Shown: in pieces, positions 18,319 to 26,890 of the stretch
Numbering within the stretch: position 1 is the first letter of the stretch
How the letters are laid out: every line of letters begins with the position of its first letter
NCBI GenBank assembly: GCA_050014155.1
Contig: JBEKDW010000001.1
Span: 1-45,046, forward strand
Reading direction: 5' to 3'
Source of the DNA: Anaerolineales bacterium
Lineage (GTDB): Bacteria; Chloroflexota; Anaerolineae; Anaerolineales; RBG-16-64-43
DNA: 45,046 bases
Position numbers and translations under genes: made by a program
The notes under the pieces: model-generated
Told to the model about the DNA's origin: nothing
What the model saw: the letters and a program-made list of their open reading frames with translations, nothing else
The model's database searches: none

Positions 18319-19164
18319 ATGATGCTGGAAAAATCCAAAGCGGCATTCATCGGTTCCGGCGTGATGGGCGAGGCGATGATCAAAGGATTATTGACCGGGA
18401 AACTAATGGATCCGGCGCGCATCACGGCCGCCGACATCCGCCCGGAACGCGGCCAGGAACTCAAGCAGCGGTACGGCATCTCCTTCGCCGCCGACAACGC
18501 CGCGGCGGTCGACGGGGCGGACGTGGTGGTGCTCTCGGTCAAGCCGCAGGTGCTTCCGGAAGTGATGCCGTCGCTCCAGGGCCGGGTTCCCAAAGGGGCG
18601 CTTGTGCTTTCGATAATCGCCGGCGCCAAACTGAGCGGGATCGTCGAAGGGCTCGCTCACGCGTCCGTCGTGCGCGCCATGCCGAACACGCCCGCCCAGA
18701 TCGGCGAGGGAATGACCGTCTGGACCTCCTCTCCCTCCGTGACCGAAATCCAGAAGGGCCAAGCCAAGCAGATCCTGGGCGCGCTCGGGGTGGAAGTGTA
18801 CGTCGAGGATGAAGACCTGCTCGACGTTGCCACGGCGCTTTCCGGAAGCGGTCCAGCCTACGTGTTCCTGTTTATGGAAGCGCTGGTGGATGCCGGCGTG
18901 CATCTGGGATTCTCGCGCCAGCTCGCGGAACAGCTGGTGCTGCAAACGGTGAAGGGCTCGGTGGATTATGCGATGCATACCTCGCAGCATCTGGCCCGCC
19001 TGCGCAATCAGGTGACCTCTCCGGGTGGAACCACCGCCGAAGCGATGTATTATCTGGAGAAGGCGGGGTTTCGAACCGCCATCTCGCGCGCCGTCTGGGC
19101 GGCCTTCCAGCGATCGGTGGAACTGGGCAAAGGAAAAAAGCGCAGCGACCTGGAGAAGGATTAA
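18319..19164 (+). CDS. proC: Pyrroline-5-carboxylate reductase
   Basis: FIGSGVMGEAM dinucleotide fold, RAMPNTPA, SGSGPAY and VTSPGGTT. AAGGAGG RBS upstream. Confidence 0.9.
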   Translation: MMLEKSKAAFIGSGVMGEAMIKGLLTGKLMDPARITAADIRPERGQELKQRYGISFAADNAAAVDGADVVVLSVKPQVLPEVMPSLQGRVPKGALVLSIIAGAKLSGIVEGLAHASVVRAMPNTPAQIGEGMTVWTSSPSVTEIQKGQAKQILGALGVEVYVEDEDLLDVATALSGSGPAYVFLFMEALVDAGVHLGFSRQLAEQLVLQTVKGSVDYAMHTSQHLARLRNQVTSPGGTTAEAMYYLEKAGFRTAISRAVWAAFQRSVELGKGKKRSDLEKD

Positions 19165-19197
19165 CGGAACCACTCGCGCCGGTATAAAAAAGCCTGC

Positions 19198-20019
19198 ATG
19201 CCTTCCAAGAATCGAACCGGAGCTTTCGGATATCGGAATATCCTGCTGGCCTTGCGACGGATCGGCGTTGACGGGGAGGCGCGGGTTCTGGCGATCGGAC
19301 CTGCGGCCGAACCGGAGATCCTTCGCGGCGGGGTGTCCGCGCTTACCGCGGCCTTGGCGGATTCCTGCACCGCGGTGATCACGCCCACCTTCACGTACCA
19401 AACGATGGTGTATCCGTCGGAGGGGCCGGCGGACAACGCGGTGGATTACCCCGCCGCCAGCGGCGCCAGCGTCGATGCGGATTTTTCCCGCGGGTCGCTG
19501 CCCGCGTCGCCGCTTATGGGACCTCTAGCGGAATCGATCCGGCGCTCGGGTGGAGCGGCGAGATCAAGCCATCCGATTCTCTCCTTTGCCGGTTGGAACG
19601 CCAGGGAGATTCTGGAAACGCAGACTCTCGCCGAGCCGTTTGCGCCGATCGATGAACTGGCCAGGGCGGGTGGCGACGTGATCCTGCTGGGTGCCGAGCC
19701 TTCGGCCAACGTGGCGTTGCATCTGGCGGAACAGCGCGCCGGGCGGAAACAATTTGTCCGCTGGGCGCTCACCCCCAAGGGGGTGGTGGAGTGCCCGGTG
19801 TTCCCCGGCTGCGCGAGGGGATTCGGCGCGATCGAACCGATGCTGGCGGGTGTGGAACGCTCGGAAAAAATCGGCTTGTTCATCCTTCAACGGATTCCGC
19901 TGCGTGATTTATTAAACACCGCCGTCGCCTGGATCCGCCAGGATCCGCAGGCACTTCTTTGCGACAACCCCGAGTGTCCTTTTTGCAGCGCGGCGCGCAA
20001 ATACCCGCCGCAAAGTTGA
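19198..20019 (+). CDS. Aminoglycoside N3-acetyltransferase-family (Antibiotic_NAT-like) protein
   Basis: The pattern ITPTFTY...SSHPILSFAGWNA...ANVALHLAEQRA resembles AAC(3)-family motifs (PTxT, S-HP-x-SFAA-G, TSLHLAE). It has an extra C-terminal CDNPECPFC motif. Confidence 0.55.
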   Translation: MPSKNRTGAFGYRNILLALRRIGVDGEARVLAIGPAAEPEILRGGVSALTAALADSCTAVITPTFTYQTMVYPSEGPADNAVDYPAASGASVDADFSRGSLPASPLMGPLAESIRRSGGAARSSHPILSFAGWNAREILETQTLAEPFAPIDELARAGGDVILLGAEPSANVALHLAEQRAGRKQFVRWALTPKGVVECPVFPGCARGFGAIEPMLAGVERSEKIGLFILQRIPLRDLLNTAVAWIRQDPQALLCDNPECPFCSAARKYPPQS

Positions 20020-20287
20020 TCTCCTATTCCAAAAAAACTTCCTGCATGCGACCATGGCGGATGATTGGCCCTGCGGCATTCCGTACAAGATCATAGGGCA
20101 GCCGTTGACATTCCTCCTTTTTCCCCCGGAAAGCCTCTACGGTATTTTCGGATAAAGAACCAATGGTAAAAATATTTCCAATGCCCCCCGGTTCAGGAAC
20201 GATCTTGGTCAAGCGTTGGGACCGCCTGTCGCGCCCAAGCGGAAGGTATAATCCCGGGAGTCCTGTGGATTTCAACGGTTGCTTTTC

Positions 20288-21547
20288 ATGAGAAAAAAAG
20301 TCGCCATCATCCTCCTGATCGCGGTTTGTCTGGTCGAGGCGGGGTTACTCCTCTATCAGGTTCCCGCCGTACACGATCGGGTTTATTGGAGACTGGATGA
20401 ATTCCAGGCGGAGGTCCGGGGATATCTTTACCCGCATCCGCAAAGCATCTCCACGCCGGATCAGGCCCGGCTGGCGATGATGCAGGCCAGCCTGACCGCG
20501 GCCGCCACAGGCCGCGCGGTGCTTTCTCCCACCGCGGGTGCAACCGAGGCGGATCTTCCCACCGTAACGCCGACCGCCACGCGGTATCGCCCGCCGACCC
20601 CCGCTTCCGTGACGCTACCCTTCGCCCAACACGAGTACCAGGGATATAACAATTGCGGACCGGCCACCCTTTCCATGGCGCTGCATTTTTGGGGATGGGA
20701 CGGTGATCAGTTAACGGCTGCCGCCTACCTGAAGCCCAGCCATGACGATAAAAACGTCATGCCATACGAAATCGAACGCTTCGTGCTGGATCAGACGAAG
20801 TATGGAATCCTCGTCCGCACCGGGGGAACGCTCGACGATATGCGCAACCTGATCGCGGCCGGGTTTCCGGTGGTTATCGAAAAGGGATTGGAGGTTATCG
20901 AGGGAAATAAAGGCTGGATGGGACACTACGACTTTGTGACCGGATACTTCGACGACAAGCGCACCTTTCTCACCCAGGATTCCTACCTCGGGCCAAACCA
21001 TTCGGTCGATTACGATTCGCTGATGTACGATTGGCGCGCGTTTAATTTCATCTACCTGGTGGTCTATCCGAAGGATCGGGAGAAAGAAGTGACCGACATC
21101 CTCGGGCCGAATGCGGATCTGGAGACTAATCAGACGAACACATTGAACCTGGCTCTGAACGAAGCCCAATCCCTGCGGGGGCAATCTCTGGCGTTTGCGT
21201 ATTTCAATCTCGGCTCCACTCACGTCAGCCGGAAGGAATATGTCGATGCCGCCTACGCATACGATATGGCGCGGTTCCAGGGTTTGCCCTGGCGGTTTTT
21301 ATGGTACCAGACCGGTCCCTACTTTGCGTATTACTATGCCGGGAGGTATCAGGACGTGATCGATCTTGCGAATTCGACCCTGTATGCGCAGGAGAACCTG
21401 GAAGAATCCTGGTATTGGCGCGGTCTGGCGCGCATGCAGCTCGGCGACCGTCCGGGAGCCATCGACGACTGGCGTGAGGCGCTGCTCAAACATCCGGGAT
21501 TCGCCCCGGCGCTCGATCAACTCTCGCAGATCGGGGAAACATCTTGA
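20288..21547 (+). CDS. Membrane-anchored C39-like cysteine peptidase domain (Peptidase_C39_2) fused to TPR repeats
   Basis: An N-terminal TM segment, then YQGYNNCGPATLSMALHFWG (catalytic Cys context) and WMGHYDFVTGY (His). The C-terminus is TPR-like (YFNLG..YVDAAYAYD, WYWRGLARMQLGD). Confidence 0.6.
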   Translation: MRKKVAIILLIAVCLVEAGLLLYQVPAVHDRVYWRLDEFQAEVRGYLYPHPQSISTPDQARLAMMQASLTAAATGRAVLSPTAGATEADLPTVTPTATRYRPPTPASVTLPFAQHEYQGYNNCGPATLSMALHFWGWDGDQLTAAAYLKPSHDDKNVMPYEIERFVLDQTKYGILVRTGGTLDDMRNLIAAGFPVVIEKGLEVIEGNKGWMGHYDFVTGYFDDKRTFLTQDSYLGPNHSVDYDSLMYDWRAFNFIYLVVYPKDREKEVTDILGPNADLETNQTNTLNLALNEAQSLRGQSLAFAYFNLGSTHVSRKEYVDAAYAYDMARFQGLPWRFLWYQTGPYFAYYYAGRYQDVIDLANSTLYAQENLEESWYWRGLARMQLGDRPGAIDDWREALLKHPGFAPALDQLSQIGETS

Positions 21548-22848
21548 ACCGGCGGATCGCGCGCTCGTTCCTGCTGCTCGGCTTTCTGTTTGCGGGGGAT
21601 AAACTGCTGGCGATGGTGCGGCAGATCCTGATCGGACAATCCTTCGGGATCGGCTCGCAGCTGGATGCCTTCAACGCCGCCAACAACCTTCCGGATATGA
21701 TCTTCGCCCTGATCTCCGGGGGGGCGATGGCCGTGGCGGTCATTCCGGTCCTGACCGAAACGCTCGACCGCGAGGGCAGGGAAGTGGCGTGGGCGTTGTT
21801 CTCACGCCTGGCGAACTGGGCCTTTCTCATCACCGCCATTCTGGCCTGCGGACTGGCCCTCTCCGCCCAAGCATTCATCTCCCACCTGGTCGTTCCGAAT
21901 TTCGACCCCGCTCACCAGGCGCTCACCGCCAGCCTGATGCGTTTGGATCTTCTGGCGCTGCTGATTTTTTCCGTCAGCGGGCTGGTGATGGGCAGCCTGC
22001 AGGCATTGAAGCATTTTCTGTTGCCGGGCCTGGCGCCGATTTTATACAACTGCGGGTTGATCTTCGGTGTGATCGTGCTGGTGCCGCGGTATGGAATCTA
22101 TGGATTAGCGTACGGAACGATTCTCGGCGCGGGATTGCATCTGGCCATCCAGATTCCGGCCCTGATCACCCACGGGTTCCATTGGACGCCCTCGCTCGAT
22201 TGGCGCTCGCCGGGTGTGATCAAAGCGGCCACCCTGATGGGGCCGCGTATTCTGACCGTGGCCGCCATCCAAACCATTTTCGTCGCCACCGATAACTTTG
22301 CCTCCGGGCTGGGCACGGGAGCCATCACCGCGCTGGCATACGGTTGGCTCATCATGCAGGTCCCGGAAACAATCATCGGTTCCGCGCTCGGAACTGTGCT
22401 GTTGCCGACGCTTTCGGAACTCGCCGACCGCGGAGCGATGGACGAACTCCGGCGCATGATCCGTCGCGCCGTTCTGGTTACGCTCGCGCTAACACTCCCG
22501 GTCATGGCAGTGGGGATTCCGCTCATGGGAGCGGCCGTGCGGCTGGTATTCGAAGGCCGTGCGTTCACGGCGGAGGGCGCGGGAATGGTGGCCGCAACCG
22601 CCAGCATCTTCCTGATCGGGTTGCCGGCCCACGCACTGATCGAAACTGCCGCACGCGCTTTCTACGCCCGGCAGGACGCGCGTACCCCGCTGTGGACGGC
22701 GATCTGGACCGCCGGGTTCTTCCTCGTTTTGTGTTTTGCCCTGACCCCGACGCTCGGATACCGCGGCGTGGCTTTTGCCAACATTCTTGCCTATTCCTCC
22801 GAAGCCGTGCTGCTGTTCATCCTATTGCGCCGGAAGGCTCTGGTGTAA
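21544..22848 (+). CDS. murJ: Lipid II flippase MurJ (MOP/MVF family), 434 aa
   Basis: The N-terminus ...KLLAMVRQILIGQSFGIGSQLDAFNAANNLPDMIFALISGGAMAVAVIPVL matches MurJ/MviN, with about 12 TM segments. A TTG start overlaps the upstream TGA. Confidence 0.75.
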   Translation: MNRRIARSFLLLGFLFAGDKLLAMVRQILIGQSFGIGSQLDAFNAANNLPDMIFALISGGAMAVAVIPVLTETLDREGREVAWALFSRLANWAFLITAILACGLALSAQAFISHLVVPNFDPAHQALTASLMRLDLLALLIFSVSGLVMGSLQALKHFLLPGLAPILYNCGLIFGVIVLVPRYGIYGLAYGTILGAGLHLAIQIPALITHGFHWTPSLDWRSPGVIKAATLMGPRILTVAAIQTIFVATDNFASGLGTGAITALAYGWLIMQVPETIIGSALGTVLLPTLSELADRGAMDELRRMIRRAVLVTLALTLPVMAVGIPLMGAAVRLVFEGRAFTAEGAGMVAATASIFLIGLPAHALIETAARAFYARQDARTPLWTAIWTAGFFLVLCFALTPTLGYRGVAFANILAYSSEAVLLFILLRRKALV

Positions 22849-23904
22849 ATGGAATTTCCCCAAAGCATTTCCCTCACGATCACCAACGCCTGCAACCTGC
22901 AATGCCGGATGTGCGGCCAGTGGAGCCGCGAGGGCTATATGCGTTCACGCCGCAATCTTCTCCGGGAGGAATTGGGGCTCGCGGATTGGAAACGCCTGGT
23001 GGATGAGTTGGCGGCGCATGAGATCGGCAGCCTTTTACTGCGCGGCGGGGAAGTTTTTCTGTATCCGGAAATCATCCCTTTGCTGGAATACATCCACGGC
23101 AAGGGAATTTTTATTTCCATCGATACCAACGGCACCCACCTCGAGCGGTTCGCCGAAGATATCGCCCGCATCGGAAACATCCACCTCACCGTTTCCGTCG
23201 ACGGTCCCGAAGCAATCCACGACTCGGTCCGCAGGATGAGCGGATGCTTCCGCCGGATCCGTGCCGGGTTGGATAAGCTTCGTGAAGAGGAAAAAAAGAC
23301 TGGGAAGGCTCTCTCCAAATCCATCACCTTCACCATCAGCCCATACTCCTACCGCGGCTTGGGGAAAATGCCAGAAGTGGCTAAAAGCTTGGGCATCAAG
23401 AGTTTATGCATCGTTCCTTATTATTACGTCCCGCAGGCGGTGGGATTGAAATATGAACGCGAATTGCGCGAGCATTTCTTCTGCGAGGTATTTTCCTGGA
23501 AGGGTTTCCACCACGAGACCAGCGGCGTCGATGCGGACGAGTTTGCCGAACAACTCCGAGCCTATCATGCCGATCTTGGGGAAATCACCGATTACCCTTA
23601 CATGCCCATGACGGAGGAAGAGTATCGGACCTGGTTCCGCGATGCGGTAACTCCGGTCGGTCCGCAATCCTGTTCAAACGTGGAAAAATTATTCGATATC
23701 CAACCCTCGGGCGAGGCGAACTTCTGCGTGGACTTTCCGGATTATTCGATCGGCAACGTTCGCGAGTCGACGATCGCGGAACTATGGAACAGTCGCAAGG
23801 CCGAACGGTTCCGCGAATATCGGCGGAAGCAACGCTTGGCGATTTGTTATCGGTGCGGGGCAAAATATATGTCGGAGATCAGAAAGCAGATTGCGCTTGG
23901 ATGA
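22849..23904 (+). CDS. Radical SAM protein with C-terminal SPASM/twitch-like Cys cluster
   Basis: CNLQCRMC (CxxxCxxC) near the N-terminus. C-terminal cysteines are arranged C-x17-C ... C-x2-C. The ATG directly abuts the murJ TAA (TAAATG). Confidence 0.75.
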   Translation: MEFPQSISLTITNACNLQCRMCGQWSREGYMRSRRNLLREELGLADWKRLVDELAAHEIGSLLLRGGEVFLYPEIIPLLEYIHGKGIFISIDTNGTHLERFAEDIARIGNIHLTVSVDGPEAIHDSVRRMSGCFRRIRAGLDKLREEEKKTGKALSKSITFTISPYSYRGLGKMPEVAKSLGIKSLCIVPYYYVPQAVGLKYERELREHFFCEVFSWKGFHHETSGVDADEFAEQLRAYHADLGEITDYPYMPMTEEEYRTWFRDAVTPVGPQSCSNVEKLFDIQPSGEANFCVDFPDYSIGNVRESTIAELWNSRKAERFREYRRKQRLAICYRCGAKYMSEIRKQIALG

Positions 23905-24426
23905 ACTCGGAATACCTACTCAATATTACGCGTATAATACAGCTATTCTTGCGTATGAGATCAGGCTGAATGAGTCTAGAAAATAGTTGATACGCTTCAA
24001 AGGTAGCCTATATTATATAAAGGGGATTACTTATTTTATCACTCGCAAAGATTTCAATTTCGGGTTATCGTTCTTTCTGTTCGACCGATATTCCTCTAGC
24101 GGACTTCTCTATTCTAATAGGCCGGAACAACTCCGGAAAATCCAATGTTCTCCGGGCTATCAGGCTCCTCCTTGAAGGAACAGCAAGAGACTTGGTCGCC
24201 AACGACTTTCACACTGACGGTACAAAACCACTTGATACAATTGAGATAATCAGAGATATTATGATTTGGGTTACTCGAAAGGGAGTGGTCTAACATTTAC
24301 CCAAAACCAACCAGCTGGGTTGAACTTTTTATACAGCTTGTCTTACACTTTTTTACAAGTGAGACCTGATTCCGCCGGGGAACTTTACTTCTAATAATAG
24401 TTAGGAAATAGCATGGAGGAGGCTTA

Positions 24427-25371
24427 ATGGAAAAGGATAAAAAGGGAGAATGGATTAAGATTGACGCAGGAAATATACCGCTATTTATTATAGATGTAAA
24501 AGCCCTCGAGCGTAAAAAACCTGAGATCGAGCGGTTAAATCAAGCGTTGACTACCGCATGAGAAAATGGTGACCAATGCGAAGAGGGAACAAATCTCTTA
24601 AATTTGGGTATCATCTTCGCTTCTCTGATGATGTTTGTAAATGCCATTGAAAATTATAAACAAGCATTGGAAATTTTCCGTGCGATCGGTGACCGCCGCG
24701 AACAAGCAAATATTCTTAGCCTGATGGGCAATGTTTACTTGCTTATGAAACAAATTAAAAGCGACATCGAGTGTGAGGAACAATCTCGGATCATTTACCA
24801 CGAGATCGGCGATCGTTCTTCTGAAGCGAAACAACTTGATAATATGGGAGCCACCTTTATAGCCATTGGGCAAGCTGATCGAGCGGTTGAATACGAAAAA
24901 CAGGCCCTAACTATTTCTCATGAAATCGGCGATCGTTACAGAGAGGCAAAGGCTCTTGGCGGCATGGGGACAGCTTACTTAGTATTAGGTCAAGCAAAAT
25001 CATCGATTGATTGTCTAGAAAAGGCGCTGAAAATATTCCAGGAGATTGGCGAGCGCGATCAAGAGGCAAGCATTCTTGAGAACATAGCGACTTACTACAT
25101 CATTCATGGTCGGAAAGCACGTGCGATTGAGCCTTGTGAACAAGCACGGATTATTTATCGCGAAATCGGCAGACGCGATAAAGAGGCGAGGGTTCTTAAG
25201 AGTATCGGAGATATTTATTACGGTATAAATCAATTAAGTAAGGCAATTGAAGTCACAAAAGAAGCTGTACTGATTATTGATGAGATTGGAGAAGCACCAG
25301 GTGCGGATGACATTCGGGAGCAGCTGAATAATCTCCAAAAGCGTGCTGCCAAAAAATGGTGGCTATATTAA
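24427..25371 (+). pseudogene. TPR-repeat protein (40-aa EIGDR-type repeats) interrupted by one in-frame TGA at 24559-24561
   Basis: A strong RBS (GGAGGAGG) lies 4 nt before the ATG at 24427. The 44-codon ORF and the listed ORF 24604-25371 are in the same frame, separated only by the TGA. The residues on both sides continue the repeat register. Confidence 0.6.
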
Positions 25372-25584
25372 TATTAATCTACCAACACACATAAGATTGT
25401 TATTATTAAAGAAAACTACCCATAACTCAAAACGCGATAATTATCTGGATCCAGTACACTCTTCTTTCGGCAGCCTGGCTCGCCTGGATCAAATTTATTT
25501 TTACCTTCATCGTGGGCCTTGCCCTAAGCTGGGGGCGGGCCAGTTGGTCCGAAAGAATCCAGCAGTGCGCCGGATCCTCTAGCT

Positions 25585-25629
25585 AAAGAGGAAAAATCAA
25601 TCGTCCGAGATTTTAGTCCCGGACGATTG
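25585..25629 (-). terminator. Rho-independent terminator at the end of the vWA-FHA / PP2C / secreted-protein transcription unit
   Basis: 10-bp stem CAATCGTCCG/CGGACGATTG (25598-25607 / 25620-25629) with a 12-nt loop. On the minus strand it is followed by ATTTTTCCTCTT. Confidence 0.6.
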
Positions 25630-25686
25630 CGTTCATTCGGCGGTTCCATTTTAAAAAAAGAAAACATCATCGAGTGATGAAGTTTG

Positions 25687-26772
25687 TTATATCTCCGTGG
25701 ACCCTACAGGCGTATCAACCGGTGGTACCGCTATCGGTACATCCGTCGGCGGTTCCATGGTTGGCTGTTCCGTTGGGGAAAGTTCCGGCGTGGCGGTGGG
25801 ATTCGGCCCAGTTGTCGGCGCCTCGGGAAACTGTCCATTCGTCAATTTCGACACTCACCAGATCGTCCTCGCTCGCAACGGCATCGTAAAAGGTTATTAC
25901 GTAAAATGGAAGGTTGAAAGAATTTGATCGACCCTATTTCCCCCGATTTGGATGATGGGATTGGCAAGTGGCGCGTCCGATACCTGGTTGTAATACGTTA
26001 CCATTTTCTCGCCACAGGCGGCATCACACCCCCAGCCCCCGCCGGTTTCTATTCTACCGAGACCGTCCCAAATTGTATCCGCTTCCGATAGCGCAAAGGG
26101 AGAAATTGCCACTACAATGACCTTGTCGCCCGAGAGAAAGACGTCTTTGTAGCCATAATCATTTAGATCGACAATAAAGGAACCATAATCCAGGATTTTC
26201 AATCCGCAAATTTTCAAAGTTGGGCTGTAAACTTTTTCCACGTCAATAATCGAGTAGATCCCCGCGCCGAAAAGAATAAAGTTTTTCTTGACATCTTCTT
26301 TGAAGCTATCGGACACTTCACAGGTTTGTGCTTGGAGAAGGATACTAAATTGGTTTGCAAGCGTTTGAGGATCGAGCAAGCTTCCACATATGCTGGGACA
26401 TCCGTCCGGGAAACTCGCCGGACTATATAGCGTTCTGAAATCGGAGATTGTCTCAACCGCAACCGGATGAGTTTTATCGGTGGTTAACTCCGGAGGATAT
26501 CTATAGGTAAATCCTCCCGCCACGTTCTGAAAGGTCTTCCAACCAATTGTTGGATCTTGGGTCGCACTGGGCAAAGGGGAAGGACTTACCGTGGGGGTTG
26601 AGATCACCACCGCAACCGGGCGGGAAAATGGCCATAGAAATTGATATTTTGCGAGAGCAAAATATCCGCCGGTAAGCGCCAGAACGGCGACAAGCGAAAT
26701 TACCAAACCCCAACGCGCATTTTGAGGGATAGCCGGCCGGCTGTGAGATTGCGGTTGTTGAGAAGTTTTCAT
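25687..26772 (-). pseudogene. Membrane-anchored/secreted protein of unknown function with a Pro/Thr tail, broken by two compensating frameshifts (or assembly indels)
   Basis: The listed ORF 25897-26790 (TM anchor WGLVISLVAVLALTGGYFALA, then a PT linker) ends at tandem TAA TAA. The same frame resumes after the TGA at 25855-25857 and runs to the TAA at 25687-25689, encoding ...PEAPTTGPNPTATPELSPTEQPT.... A shifted frame is open across the gap. Confidence 0.55.
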
Positions 26773-26890
26773 AAAGGTAATAATACTCAAACTTTTCCAA
26801 TTCGGCCACCATCGACAGCGAGCGGGCGGCCCACATCGAACTCATTAAACCCAAAGAACAGAATTCTGTATCCTATGCAAACTTGAGCTA

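Noticed and set aside
17399-19401. Two long minus-strand ORFs (17399-18346, 315 aa; 18403-19401, 332 aa)
   Set aside because: They are antisense to surE and proC, which have unambiguous family motifs. Their translations are Arg/Gly/Pro-rich and lack motifs.
20024-20275. 83-aa minus-strand ORF (TTG start) between the AAC(3)-like and C39-like genes
   Set aside because: It has no RBS, a non-ATG start and no recognisable motif. It lies opposite to both neighbours in what is more likely the promoter region of the C39-like gene (TATAAT at 20247-20252). It cannot be excluded as a small protein.
23987-24296. Small ORFs in the AT-rich spacer (23987-24175 plus strand; 24114-24296 minus strand, with a Cys-containing C-x-x-W-F-C...CC segment) as a RiPP precursor for the radical-SAM enzyme
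   Set aside because: Neither has an RBS. The two overlap each other on opposite strands, the composition is that of non-coding AT-rich DNA, and the orientation of the Cys-containing ORF is convergent with the radical-SAM gene.
24559-24561. TGA in the TPR gene as selenocysteine or an alternative-genetic-code sense codon
   Set aside because: No SECIS-like hairpin follows it. TGA functions as a stop in many overlapping gene junctions in this window. The aligned repeat position is Arg, His, Gln or Tyr, consistent with a simple CGA-to-TGA nonsense mutation.
25697-25927. Gly/Ser/Val-rich plus-strand ORFs 25697-25927 and 26883-27197
   Set aside because: They are reverse-complement shadows of the Pro/Thr-rich coding tails on the minus strand.
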